Shown one piece after another: positions 36,198-52,719 of a stretch of 64,000 nt of DNA. The DNA comes from Podarcis cretensis (lineage: Eukaryota). Made by a program: the position numbers and the translations under genes. The notes under the pieces are model-generated. The model was given only the letters and a program-made list of their open reading frames with translations. It had not been told where the DNA came from and ran no database searches. The DNA lies in contig OX638149.1 in assembly GCA_951804945.1 (NCBI GenBank), positions 51,832,001-51,896,000 of the forward strand. Reading direction: 5' to 3'. Each line of letters begins with the position of its first letter. Position 1 is the stretch's first letter.

Positions 36198-39100
36198 GCT
36201 ACAGGTGAAGTTTTGCAAATAGAATTGGAAAGGAAAGTTTTATTAAAAATTAATCTGAGGTTTTGCTTCTAAGTGAGATCTTGAGCAAAGCTTTTCCTTG
36301 GTTGCAGCAAAACAATAGTAACTTACGGAGTAATGACAACAGTGGCAGTGATCCAAGTATCAGTTCAAAAGTAGCGATCACAGTGTGTACTGCAATTAAA
36401 CACATCTATCCTGAGCTACCTTTGGTTCTCCCTCCTTTTCTTCTGTCTTCTTTACTGTCTCTGTTCATATCTCGGTTCATGTGCTGTGGGTTCATTTGCT
36501 CCCCTCTCTCACCTCAGTTTTCTTTTTCAAAATCAAGGGGCCTATGACTATTAACAAGGCATTACTTCCAAGCCACTGAAGACTAAATGCATGACATTTT
36601 AATAGAGCCATTGTCTATTTTAAGCGGGGGTAGGGGCGCTTATGAAGCTCTAAGATGTCATGTATGCTCATTGTGTTGTAGCAATAGCTGATTCATAAAA
36701 GGCCTGCTTCATGCTATGTTGATCATTGGGTGGGTGGGTGCACGACTGTGATTTGCCCCTACTGGTGTCTGGGATCTGCTGAGCAAATGCTGCCTGTTTA
36801 TGCAGCAGCATGATCTTCTCAGCTTGAGATAAACATTACCAGAACAGAAGTGATGTGGGACAGCTGACTGCATGGTTTTGACGCTACCCCAGCTGCAACA
36901 TAAGCTGCTTCTATGGCAAATGCAGGGAAGCATCCAGAGGCAGTTTGGTCAGGGAGTGCAAAGGAAAAGAGTCTTGCGCCATACTAACCTATTTTGAGTC
37001 TTTCCAAGGGAGCCAGAAAACAGTCTGTGGTTGTGAGAGCAGGTAACCTGTTCAAGGTGCCCCAGAAAGGAATTGGAAACCAGAACGACACTAGAGGGCA
37101 TCCCAGTTTAACCAACCATATCCTTTTTGAGCACTTGGACACTAACATTAGCTTTCTTCTCATACAGGGAGCTGACTACTTCCATCTAAAGCCAACAGGC
37201 AAGGAAAATACTCAAGTTGGTAGTGGGGGGGAAAACTACTTTAAAAGCATTGTTTGTATTGTTGAAATAGCTAAGGACCACAAAATATTGTTTTTTTTAA
37301 AAAAAATCATATTTTTTGCAGCTACTGCAGTGCTTCACTTAAAATCTTATGTACTATATTTAAATATAGTAAAGTATAAGAGACGAGTAGCTTTTCTGCA
37401 TGACATGTAAGGAAACTACCTCACATTTTGAAACTTGGATTAATGACTAGTTTGTTGCAAACAAGCTATATGCTTTTAAAATTATTCTTAAGCTTGACAG
37501 TCGCTATCCTTTTTTAAAAAAATAATATTTATTACTTTTAAACACTACAAAAAAGGAAAGAAAAAAGACAGTCGCTATCCTGTTTTGTATGGTATTTTAG
37601 TGCCCGGTTCACTGTTGAAATCTCATAAGTGCACTTGTTCTTTATACAGTTTTTAGGGACCTGGTAAGCATTTTCTGCCATAGTTTTAGTTGCCAGTGTG
37701 AGGGATTGTCCTACATAACTTGTTAAATTAGGAGCCTGAGGCTTGTCCTTTATTTTTGACTATTTGGAAAGAGAATTGCACCTGCATTCTTTAACATTTA
37801 ACAACTGACACGAAGAGCCTTTTAGTTTCAGTGCCTATGATCTACTGGTATTAATGTTATTGTTTTTAACTATTTCAATAAAATACTACTATTGAATTTT
37901 TATTTTGTTTTATAAGAAAATTATACCAAGAGAAGGACGAGGAGTAAAAATGTGATAAGGGAAAATAAAATAATTCTGTGATCTGTGAAGGTTGTATATA
38001 TTAGGTGCTGAATATCAATGACTATCTTGTAATCCCTTCTGTAATACAGTAACTGACAGTGGGAATACACTTTTGTAGCAAAACCAGTAATTGGGATGCC
38101 TGTGATTCTTAAACTGCTGCATACACAATCCTGAAGTGCTTTGGGGAATTTGCCTCATAGTTGGAAATGGATACTTGTTCCCATTTGAGGTAACTCAAAT
38201 GCTATTCTATATATAAAAAAATGTAACATTATACAAAGTTGAATTTTTTTCCTTTTAATTCAGTATATGCTATCAATAAAGTAGATGCTGTTTCTCCAAG
38301 TTTGCTGGTGATGCTGTTACCTTTTTGCCTCCTTGAGTAGATTTCGGCATGCCTGAATCTTCTAGGCTTTATTGCTAATATCAGAAAATCTTATTTATAC
38401 TAGTTGGACCAGACAGCCTTCAAATACATTCCAACTCTTTCTTTTTCATGAATAAAAATGACCTCTTTGTAACTATTCTGGAGAACCTTGAAATGTTTTC
38501 GGCATTATTTAATATTTTATACATTAGTTCAGACGTTATACAGAATGTGTAGGAGGTGTTGGAACAGGTATTGAAATTATTGGGTGGTGCTCAGCTTCCT
38601 GTCCATAATTAATATTAGGTAAGGCAATCTCAACCTACTGTGGCTTCAGTGAAGTAATTCTGTGTAAATAGTTGACTTATTTTATTAGCTTAACCTCTCC
38701 TTTCAACCTGGCCACAGAAGTTAGATTAAACTGGTAATAGGTGTATGGTGTTTTTGTTAAGCATGTTCTCTTTGGAAGATGAGAGGTTTTTCCACTGCTG
38801 AACGGTCTTTGGAAGTCATCCTAGGGCCTCCTCCAGCTCCAATGTGGTTTGAAAGTAGTTGCTGAATTTGTATTTCCTTGTGTATTTTTTCCTATACACA
38901 GGCATTTGGGGGGGGGGGGAATACACCAGTAAGATCACTTGAAGTTGCTTAAAATTCTGTTTCTCTTCCACAGTCTTGCATAAGAAAGCTTTTTAAATCT
39001 ATTCTTTGGGGCACCACAGACTTGCCGTCCCTTGCCAGGAGCTGTTGTGATAAATTTCCACCAGTTGATAGTAGCCCATTTGGTTATGGTGCAGCAATAA

Positions 39101-39820
39101 TCACTTGACTCTAGGGTTAATATGGGATGAGGGCATGTTGGTGCAGCCGTGTTGAGTTAGGTGACAGAGGGTTGTGGGATTGCATATCAGCAAGTGAATA
39201 ACAAGACTTTAGTGGTGCAGACAGGAAATAGAACAGGCTGTAGGAAGGTAGAGGTGCTTCTGCAGTCTGGAAAATGCTGGTTGTCGGGATTAAAAGTGCA
39301 GTTAATTTAGTGACTTAATAACTTGCTCTGTATTGTGCATCATTAGTTGAATTTGGCATTTAGAAATACATTATTGACCTGATGAAGTTGACTCTATCAG
39401 CTCTGAGAAAGGCATTTATGTTAAAATACTACTATACACATAAACTTGCATATGTCTTGGAATGATCTTACAGAGTTGGGTGTGTTTCAGAATATATTAA
39501 AAGCCCTTTAGGGGACTGAATGAGAGTCCGATTAACTATGTTCCTTACTACAGAACATTAATTGCTACATCTATATAATTCTGAAGGAGGTTTCCTGTTG
39601 CTTTTGTGTCTGCCAAAAGAGGAACAGCAAATTACTTAATGATATATTTTCTCATTTCATTGTAATTTCTATAGCCCTTTTCTGGTGGCATTGATAGTGT
39701 ATTGACAGTAAAAATTGAGGTTTGTGTGTATTTTGCAAATGCAACTATGACCAGTGACTGTTAATTTTACTTTCCCCCCTCCTACCTAGGAATTACTGAT
39801 TTACAAGAAACTAAAGCACC

Positions 39821-39877
39821 ATGGGGGATGATAGTGAATGGATGAAATTACCCATTGATCAGAAATGTGAACACAAG
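39821..39877 (+). CDS. CKAP5: CKAP5 exon 2 coding part (exon starts at 39790)
   Basis: Kozak GCACCATGG; MGDDSEWMKLPIDQKCEHK|GTAAG. Confidence 0.96.
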
Positions 39878-40009
39878 GTAAGAAGATTGTCTTAAACTGT
39901 AACACAGGTTAAGACAAGATTGAGTATTTGTGTATGTTAGCTGCCAAACTTGTTAATGGATAACTTCAAAATGACTTGTGTATACACTAATCTTTTGGGC
40001 GGAGTATAA

Positions 40010-40040
<31 letters not shown>
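40010..40040 (+). repeat. (ATT)n microsatellite
   Basis: Seen directly. Confidence 0.95.
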
Positions 40041-40046
<6 letters not shown>

Positions 40047-40454
40047 TGGTCTTTTTGTATAATTATTTGAAATGTTTGATGTTCTTCTGCATGTCTTCTC
40101 AAATGAGACCAGTTTGCTCACTGACTTGCATAGCATGTGACTTTGCTTCCAGCCATAACGGAAGACCAGTTTTACGAATACTCTCAAAATCAGTTATAGA
40201 GGCTATAGAAAAATAGCTACTTTGTTTGATTTTTGTCTTATGGGGTCACTGATAAATATTTAACAGAGCAAAATGGAAATGTCTGGTAGTAAATATGTCC
40301 GTTATGTGAGAAGCTGTAGGAAAAATTTAGGTGCTAGTTCTCACATGCTGCTTTTATTGTTCTAATAAAGGGGGGGGGGCTATTCTTTTAGAGAGTTAAT
40401 ATCTTGTTCAAGTTAAGCAGAAATCTTCTTGATATCTTTCTATTCTCGTCCTAG

Positions 40455-40649
<195 letters not shown>

Positions 40650-41474
40650 TAAGTTACTTGGTGTTTGCCTTCACTCCACATTTTCTAGGAAGGAACTCTT
40701 GCCTTGTTGCAGATAATTCACCAGAGGAAGCATTAATTAAGTGACTCTGACTTTTCTTGAGACTCTAGAAATGCTCCTATGAAAACCTCATTTTTTACCT
40801 ATTCTCCTTGTAATCTCCCTATTGTAAGATTTTGTTGCTCTTTCATAATTGACCCAAAATTTCATTCCTTTGTAATAAATGCATGTGTTCAGATTTGTAT
40901 CTTACACACCTTTTAACAATAGTGTTACTTTTCGGTAAACTTTGAAAAGCAGGAAAAAAAGTTTCAATCATAGACAAAGATTTGCAATTAAAAGGGGTAC
41001 AAAATCCAGTTGCAGTTTTTAAGCGAGCATCACATTGCTGCTGCCTTACATCAAGTGGTTTATGGGTAGCCTTAGAGCTGCTGGTCAAGCAGAGAAAAAT
41101 TAAGTGTTGCATATACATGTCTGTAAACCAACATTTGACATGTACTCTTGAATTACAAGGGAACCTTATATTTCAGGGTGATCTATTCGCCTATTGCTTA
41201 GGGTTGGAATGAGTCATTAAAGGACACCAGATACACTTTGCATGAAAATTGACTGTGATCAGACTAAATGTTTAAATGGCTGCCTTAAGTCATTTAACAA
41301 GATATGTAAGAGTCCAGCATTAGACAGAAGAACATGGATGGAGATTAGTGCTGTGATTTGTTTGGAGTAGAGTGCATTCCTGTACATACAACAAACAAAA
41401 TTTAATTCCCCCAGGGAACAGAATGGTTAATGTTTATGTGACCTAAAAGTGTTGCCTTCTTTTTCTTTTTTTAA

Positions 41475-41684
<210 letters not shown>

Positions 41685-42241
41685 TAAGTTAATCTGAAGA
41701 AGCTGTCATTCCAGCCATGTGAGGAGAGGGGTGTTTGTGGTGATTAATAGAATTTGGTATTGGTATCTGAGAGTGCACTGAAGCAATTATAACAGTCTAC
41801 TAGAACAGAGCAATACACTGAATTGTATGACTCTTGATGAACTCTCTTGTAGCTTACTGCACTGCCAAGGAGAGAAATTGATCCAATTTAACAGATGGTT
41901 TCCTTAAAAACATTCCTGCTGGTAGCATAGTTGTTCAACAATTGCTGCTTTCAGATTAATAAAATAATTGTTAAAGTCAAAGCAAAAATATTTGTCCAGA
42001 ATCAAAGAAGCCACGAGAGTGTCACATGCCCATAATGGCTTTGAACTTTAATACTAGCTCAAATAGCATGCCAGGTCACTTTTTTTAAAAAATGGTGGTT
42101 TCAAAAGTAGTTTGTGACTTTAAAAATGGGTAGCTCCCACTCGATCATGTTGTGGATGCATCTAAATAACTATTCTAATTCATCTCTGACTTCTTTGGTT
42201 ATGTTTTGTCTATTAAATAATTGCAAGTCTAATCACAAATA

Positions 42242-42881
42242 CCGTATTTTTCGCCCCATAGGACGCACTTTTCCCCCTCCAAAAATGAAGGGGAAATGTG
42301 TGTGCGTCCTATGGGGCGAATGCAGGCTTTCGCTGAAGCCTGGAGAGCGAGAGGCATCGGTGCACCGACCCCTCTCGCTCTCCAGGCTTCAGGAAGCTAT
42401 CTGCAAGCCTTGCAAGCCCGGTGGGAGTTCCTGCAGGCTCACAAGGCTTGCAGGCAGCAGCCTGCAGCCCGAAGCACGGGGCGCCCTCCGGAGGGCGCCC
42501 TGTGCTTAAGGCGAGTGTCCGCAAGCCTTGCGTGCCCGGCAGGAGGTCCTGCCGGGCGCGCAAGGCTTGGGGCAGCAGCCTGCCGCCCAAAGCACGGGGA
42601 GCCCTCTGGAGGTTTCCCCGTGCTTCAGGCGGGTGTCCGCAAGCCTCGCGCGCCCGGCGGAAGGCCCTGCTGGGCGCGTGAGGCTTGGGGCAGCAGCCTG
42701 CGGCCCGAAGCACGGGGAGCCCTCCGGAGGGTGCCCCGTGCTTCGGGCAGGTGTGCGCAAGGCTTGGGGCGGCAGCCACAGCTGGGGGGGTAATAATTTT
42801 TTTTAATTCATTCCCCCCCCCCAAAAAAAAATACGAGGTGCGTCCTATGGGCCGGCGCGCCCTATAGGACGAAAAATACGG
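42242..42881 (+). mobile_element. Complete Tc2-like MITE with 118-bp hairpin repeats
   Basis: TA|CCGTATTTTTCG..CGAAAAATACGG|TA terminal inverted repeats with TA TSD; units at 42453, 42571, 42689. Confidence 0.9.
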
Positions 42882-43837
42882 TACTCCATTTTCAAAGTGT
42901 TTTTAGTGAAGGAATCCATGAAAAAAACTAATTTCCATCTTCAGTACTGTTCAGTTTTGCACCATTCATATATTCAGATACTGAGATTGTTAATAAACTG
43001 TTGATTATAATCCAGGTATCTAAATTATTGTGTATATACTTGATAGTTATAAGCAGGAGTATTGTAGCTGCTGCTAAATTAATCATTGCATGAGCAGAAC
43101 TTTACTCACATGACATTGATTCAACCCATTGCCCATGTTTGTATGACTCAAAAGTAGGCAAACATGAAATTCCATAAGAGGGGAATGCAGGGAATCCAGT
43201 TTAAGCAACTATGTGCATTTAAGCCTGCAATCTTAAATACAGTTGGATTGAATTTGTGTGAGAAATTCTTGCAAGTGCATCTAGTCTTGTGTTATGCATC
43301 GTATTCAAAGACTCACACACTTTTCAAATTAAATGTTAAGAGAAGGTTTTACATATTGGCAGTTTAGCATGAGTAATCTCAGATTAACAGTGATTGAAAT
43401 TGTTGCCAGTACAGATCTGCCAGATGAAAGAGCTAGTATACATAGTTCTCCTATTATAATAACTTAAATAAGCCATGTTCTAATGTCACAGTAAGTCATA
43501 AACCATTAAAAAGTGGCATTCTGGTGTATGCTGTTGAATCACTCCTATTTTGCTCTTCCCTTTGTCAAATTTGGGAACAGCAAACCATGAACCTTGGGCT
43601 AAGTGTAACATGAAAACCAGCCCTCATTGTTAGTTTTCCCCAAACAAACCAGTACTTGTTCTTGGCTTACCAAACACAGTTTGTTTGGAAGGAACAATGA
43701 GTGCTGTTTCGCACATTACGTTAAGCCAGTGGTTGTGGTTTGTTGCTCCTGGCTCAATGAAGAGATTCATCCAAGTTCACAGCTCATTCACAGGAAACCA
43801 TGGCAGTGGCTTACCATGACGTGCAAGCAGGACCTAA

Positions 43838-44083
<246 letters not shown>

Positions 44084-45437
44084 TAGCATTCTTAGTGTAA
44101 GAAGCCGCCCACCAGTAGAACAGGGTATATTTTTGTTACATCCTTTGACTTGAGCAAAAGGGAAGAAATGAGTAAATCTTTAACCTAAGCATGAGGGAGG
44201 GCTGGGGTTTACCCAGAACTCATGCAGAGTCTTCCCAAACAAGATGCTACTTCACGTAGAGGCTTAATGTGACCAGGTCACCATGTCCCTTTCTTTAGCT
44301 TTAAGCTTCAAAAGGTAGAGTATCTCCCAGACCATGTTCTAAGTATGAAGTGGCTAAGTAAAAGCAAGAGAGCAGGCATATTTGAACCCCAGTGATGTAT
44401 CTGTGTTTTCATCGGGCTTTCCCCCCTTTAAGTAGAGGAGCAATTCATAAATAAGAGCACTATTATCCAGTAAGCAAAGGAGATACTTAGAAGTAGGGTC
44501 TTGGTTTTAGGGAAAGTAAAACTGTAAATATTGTTGTACTAGGGGCTACCAACCCCATACCCCCACACTTGGCCACCCCCTCTCCTCTTTACATCTTGCC
44601 CATCTCTTTGCCAAGCCCCACACAGGACACCCACATCTCCCTTCACCTCACAGCTTGCCCCAACTCTCACTCCCTTTTAACAAACCACTCTCTGAAACTC
44701 CTCTCACCCTTCTTTAAATAGCTGTTGCTTAAACTTGCCTGCTTGCTGCTCTGTCGTTACATTGGCCTTAGGCAGCTACACAAACTTCAGCATGACAGGC
44801 TTACAAATTTATTATATAATAATAAATGCCCACCAGACCCTAGCTTGAACTGATGCTTAACTAATATTTTCCATGAGAAATCTCAGATGTAATATTTTGC
44901 TGCATGTTTTTAGATCTGTCTCAACATTTTTATCTATTTTTAAACTGGCAGATAAATTCACACATTCAAGTGAAGTCGCAGCATTGTATAATAGATTTAT
45001 CACTTTTAGCTTATGCCTGCATTGTTAGCTGCCAGACTTGATAAAATGTTGCATAACTGATGTGATAGTAATTCATATGTTCAAGTTAGCAAGTAATAAC
45101 TTGAGTTGGGAATTGTGTTTGATATGGTCCAAAATTTGTCAGCTCGCAAATAATGAATGTCATTTTCTTGTCTTAAGTGAAAGTATACTGCTCTGAATCA
45201 CCCCGCCCCCCCCTTAAGACAGAGTTTTTGGAGTCCACTGCACACTAATTAATTTCCCTGAATTTAATTTGGTGAAAAAGCAGTTAAATTGAACCTAGGT
45301 AATGAAGAGATGTTAATGATCTTCTGCTCTAGCTTTCCTACAGTAGCTCAGGATTATGGCAAGCTTAAGGAACAGTTTTACTTGTGACAAGGGAGAATAG
45401 CAATGCACACATATCAGTAGGACATTTTGTGTTTTGA

Positions 45438-45605
<168 letters not shown>

Positions 45606-45943
45606 TAGATAACTTTTGCTGACTAAGAGTCAGATGAAGGCGGTCAAAAAACATAAGCTGGCATAAAATGTTGATGCACATTAATCTCTAGGAAAAGTCA
45701 TTGATTGCAGAGTTAATACTCTGCTTCACAGCTTACTATTTTACATATAATAAAGTAAAAATGGTGACATAATTAGCCCATCATGGACTAGTGCCATGCT
45801 GTTTTTATTGAAATTATTTGTATGTTTTAAACGTATTTAGAACATATTATAACATATGTTTTAAACATTTTTTAAAAATTCTATTAATGTTTAATCATCT
45901 TTAAGCAATATTGAGTCTTGTCAGAGAAGAAAGCGGAGGATAA

Positions 45944-46162
<219 letters not shown>

Positions 46163-46543
46163 TAATCTTTTTCTGAACCATAGACACTAAACTATCTTCC
46201 CCATTTTCTTGCACAATTAACTGTCTTGTTCTATGTATCTACAAAACAGCTTCATTTTTCAGCAGTCTTAATTAAAATGGCTTCATGTCCAGGGACATTA
46301 AAGTATTTGATGGGAACTCCTGAGCTGTCATTGAATGAAAATAATAAAAGTGCTTCAGTTTATCTTGGGTTTCTACAAGTGTGTGAAGGTGCTTCTCCTG
46401 TACACAGAGATGCTGCTTCAGCACAAAAGCGCATCATGTCCAATAATGCATATATATAGACATAAATCATGTTATATATATAAGGCTACATGTTTTTCCA
46501 GAAACAGTGCACATCTATTTGGGTCTATGTCTGCTGGTAGTAA

Positions 46544-46840
<297 letters not shown>

Positions 46841-47130
46841 TAGTCTTTTCCAAGCCAAGTATGTGGCAGCACTATTACTGTATTTAAAAAGAGGTTTGAT
46901 AATTCATTGGTTAACACAGAGTGGGATTATAAAGTTCATTCATGGGATTGATTTGATCATGTGACAGTATTTGAATTGCTGGAATGGGAATAGAAATGCT
47001 GACATTCAAATATGTGGGAGTGCAATTGATATAGGTGGAATAAAAAGGGGTTGGGTGGGGAAATGCAGTGTCTAGTATGGTTCTCTTGAGTCTGCAGAGG
47101 TACACTGCTGCTGCTTGTTTAGACTATTGA

Positions 47131-47325
<195 letters not shown>

Positions 47326-47676
47326 TGAAGACTGGGCTGTTACTGGCTCCTGCTGCTTGAATATGCAACTCTTCTGTTAAACTTCTAACAAAGCGAGATG
47401 AAAAAGAGTATCTACAGGAAGGCTTCCCCACCTCGCTTTCCCCCCTTCCTTTTTAAAATGAAAAATAAGAGCACTTTTTAATATTTAACCTTATTTTAAA
47501 GGGCTATCTTGAATAGGCTACTCGCACAGTGTTCCTTGAAGTAGTACAAGTTCAGTGTGTTTGTTTTTCTGTGTATGGGGCAAACAGGAGTTTCCTTATT
47601 GTGCACTCTCTTAGAGCACAGTGGGAAATCAAACATTAATTTCAACTTCTTAATACCTTGGTAACAATTTTTATAG

Positions 47677-47790
<114 letters not shown>

Positions 47791-47851
47791 TAAACAAGTT
47801 TAGCAGACCATGGTTTCGCCAGAACTAATATCCTTTAACCAACCATTCTAG

Positions 47852-48181
<330 letters not shown>

Positions 48182-48477
48182 TAACTCTGGAGAAGAAAGG
48201 AAATCATAGAATTGTAGAGTTGGAAGTGACCCTGAGGAGAGATGAGACCGGTATGAGAGCAGTAGCTCTCCAAAGGGAGGAAAGCCAAAATAAGCCAAAT
48301 AAGCTTTGTAGCCCTTAACACAATTGCTTTTTTGTGCTTGGTTTACTATGAAAAGGGCTTATACATTGTGCATGCTTACAATAAAAATCCAGGGCTTAAG
48401 ACAAATTGTAAGAATCAATGCAGTTAATAATTTCTGTCCTTTTGCTGCAATGCTTAATAATAATAATCAGTGGTGGA

Positions 48478-49005
48478 GCATCATCCATTTTTTTTGGTTA
48501 GATTACTGCAATATCTTATATGTAGGGCTGCCTTTGAAGATAGTTCAGAAGCTTCAGCTGGTGCAGAATTTAGCAACCTGGTGCTCACCAAAGCAAAACA
48601 GCTTGAGCATATAACACCAATCCTGGCCTGACTGCACTTGCTATCAATTGGTTTTTGGGCCTAATTCAAAGGGCTGCCCTTGGCCTATAAAGCTGTATGT
48701 GGCTCAGGACCCCAAGGACCATCTCTCGCCATATGAACCAACCCAGGCTCTGCAGTTGTAATTTGAGGTCTGGAGGCTTGACTGGTGCCAGGCAGAACTT
48801 TTCTCTATAACCAGACCTTTGACCTTTAACTACATGTGGCGTTTTAGAAGTGGGCATGATTTTTTAATGTATCTTTCCCCCCTTGGTTTTAATCTATCAA
48901 TGTAGGATTGGTCCCCCCCCTTTCTTTTCTTTTTGTTTGTTTGTAAGTCGTTTTGGGTTACCTTGGGCAAAATAAAAAAATGAAGAAATGTAATAAATAA
49001 TAATA
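48478..49005 (+). mobile_element. Degenerate L2 LINE 3' fragment
   Basis: LDYCNILYVGLPLKIVQKLQLVQN; (AAT)n tail. Confidence 0.75.
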
Positions 49006-49024
49006 GTGTGAACGAGAAATCTAG

Positions 49025-49219
<195 letters not shown>

Positions 49220-49250
49220 TAGGCTTTGGCAGTTTCTAAAGACAACAGCA

Positions 49251-49601
49251 GGGACGTGGGTGGCGCTGTGGGTTAAACCACAGAGCCTAGGGCTTGCTGA
49301 TCGGAAGATTGGCGGTTCGAATCCCCGTGACGGAGTGAGCTCCCGTTGCTCGGTCCCTGCTCCTGCCAACCTAGCAGTTCAAAAGCATGTCAAAGTGCAA
49401 GTAGATAAAAAGGTACCGCTCTGGCGGGAAGGTAAACGGCGTTTCTGTGCGCTGCTCTGGTTCGCCAGAAGCAGCTTAGTCATGCTGGCCACATGACCCG
49501 GAAGCTGTACGCCGGCTCCCTCGACCAGTAAAGCGAAATGAGCGCCGCAACCCCAGAGTCGGTCACGACTGGACCTAATGGTCAGGGGCCCCTTTACCTT
49601 T
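49251..49601 (+). mobile_element. Full-length Sauria (POM-type) SINE
   Basis: A/B-box head, ACCTTT tail, exact 14-bp TSD TAAAGACAACAGCA (49237-49250, 49602-49615). Confidence 0.95.
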
Positions 49602-50240
49602 TAAAGACAACAGCATTGGTGAAGGCCTGTACGTGGGCTTTAGGCCACTGGTGGGGAACCTCCACAGTCTGTGTGCTGCATTTCGGCTTGTAACCAACTT
49701 TCATGTGGCCCATGGCAAAGTCATGCTCTGGGGCCTCCACCCGTTCAATCCTGAGCCTTTCCCAGCAAGAGACAAGCAGTACATAGTGATGGGGAAGGAG
49801 CTTCTTTAGGAATGAAGGGGAAAGAGGTGGTTAGGCTTAAAGGAGCTGTGGCTCCATGTCCATGGACTTCTTGTTCCCAGTGCAGAATTTGCCACCTCTG
49901 CCTGAAGGAAGCTTTCAAGGAGGCAGTCAAAGTCTTTTCTTTTCCATTCTGTTGAGTTTTCCTGTTGCTAAGTGGCCCTTCATATAAAAAAGTTCCTTAC
50001 CTCTGAGACTTCCATTATTCACTAAGCTTCTTTGATTCCTATATTTGCTTCAAGAGTGGCTGGGGGAAACCAGTCAGATGGGTGGGTTTCAAATAAGAAT
50101 TTATTTATACAGATAACACCTCAAAGTAACAAAATGTGTTAGCATTCATAAGAAGCATTATAAGTGAGTCTTGGAGGCCTTAATGGTTACATGCTGAAGA
50201 TTTATTGTAACTCCTTTGGTCTTCTGATTCTGTCCACTAG

Positions 50241-50432
<192 letters not shown>

Positions 50433-51112
50433 TAATCAGTTTAAATTTTGAGTAGACCTATGTTAATATAAAGAACTAATTTCATGTTCACAGTGAGAAA
50501 GTACACCAGCTGCATTGGCAAATGAACAAATAGGGAGCCAGATGTTTTTCTCAGGGGAAGGGAGTGCTCTATATTGGGAGCTACAACAGATATTGGATCA
50601 TATGGACATAGACTGACTACTCTTTAATAAGTATTGATGTAAACTATTTAGGGTATTTAAGGGTAATAACTGACACTTTGAATTGTCATCAAAATAGAAT
50701 TTGTTTTGGTACGAAAAAGGAAAACCATAGCTATTGAATTTTGCACCAAATGAAGTATCCAAATGCATCTTTGAATACAGTCCCAAGGAAAGTTCATGAC
50801 AATATTCCAGTTGGTGCCTATTGTCATGCATACCTTAGTTGGGTTGATATGCCATCAGCATAAAACATAACATTTCGATGGCTGGGTATATGGGAAATCC
50901 AGAAATGTAATGTAGACAGATGCTAGTCTTTTGAGAAAAGGCAGTCTGGAAAATGAGAATCCCTTTCTTTTTTTACTTTTCACTCAATTTCCTACCCTCA
51001 TCCCAACAGCTAGCATGGTCATCATTTTAAAGCTTCAATCCAAGCTTTGCTTGGATTCAGAACTTGATTCAGAACTTTAATTGACTTAACCTGCTGCTTT
51101 CTTCCTGTGTAG

Positions 51113-51480
<368 letters not shown>

Positions 51481-52042
51481 GTTCACATTATTTGAGTCGC
51501 TGTTAGGTCTAAACAGAGTGGTATTTCCCTAGAGTAAGTCACAAAATTAGCAACGGCAGCCTTTCCCCCCCCCAAAGCCAGGTATAATGCGTTTGTTCTG
51601 AATCTAAAGATCAGTGGGCTTATGAACATGCTGAAGAAGAAAGGGGGAGAGAACATAAAGGGATTAGAGAAGGCCAGAATGGGAATTGTTTGCTAAATTA
51701 CATAGTAGTAGTATTCAGGATCAGTTGAAATGTTCTAGCCATTTGTGTGGACACCAGTTTTAGGACATTTTAAAAACAGTCTTGTAGTTTATGCATCTGC
51801 CTACCATGGATGGGAAATGGCTTTGTTATTCTTGGCCCAAATAAAAGGGAAAGCATCAGATGTTTTATAGCAGTCCTGCAAGGCACTATACCTAAAGTTT
51901 GTGCACCGCAAGTACAGTTCAGTGTAGTGTTAATTATTACACCATTTTGTACAAGTGCTCTCATGGGTATGGTTTACTTTTTAATTTAGGTCCCTTGGCT
52001 ATATAAAATATGCTGCAGCACAAGAATAAGCTGCCAAAATAA

Positions 52043-52306
<264 letters not shown>

Positions 52307-52594
52307 TAACCTTCTGGACTATCCCTTTCTTACTAAATGCAGAGTTTGTTCTGATGGGATATGCAAACATCTTTTTCAAAGCTAGAACACTATTTCTGGG
52401 AAATTGCATTTTCCCCTCTATCAAACAATCCTCTTCAAATTCATTAGCTAGTCTTGTAGCTTCGCTGATGGAGAGCTGTGAATTGCTTCTTCCCCCACAC
52501 CTTTGCTTAGGCTATTTCAAAAACAGTTACATTATTGTTCTGTTTTGGTGTGTTATCTCCTCTTGAGGTTGAGTATTCCTTGCTTCTGCAGTCC

Positions 52595-52719
52595 AGCAAG
52601 TGTTCATGAAGCAGAGGCTTGACAACCATATGTCAGGAGTGCTCTGATGGTGTTTCCTGCTTGGCAGGGGGTTGGACTCGATGGCCCTTGTGGTCTCTTC
52701 CAACTCTGTGATTCTATGA
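52595..52719 (+). mobile_element. CR1 LINE 3' end
   Basis: GCAGGGGGTTGGACTCGATGGCC..TTCCAACTCTGTGATTCTATGA. Confidence 0.8.

Noticed and set aside
49251-49330. tRNA genes (also 34111, 51315, 60965)
   Set aside because: The A/B boxes belong to tRNA-derived SINE heads followed by SINE bodies; no full cloverleaf.
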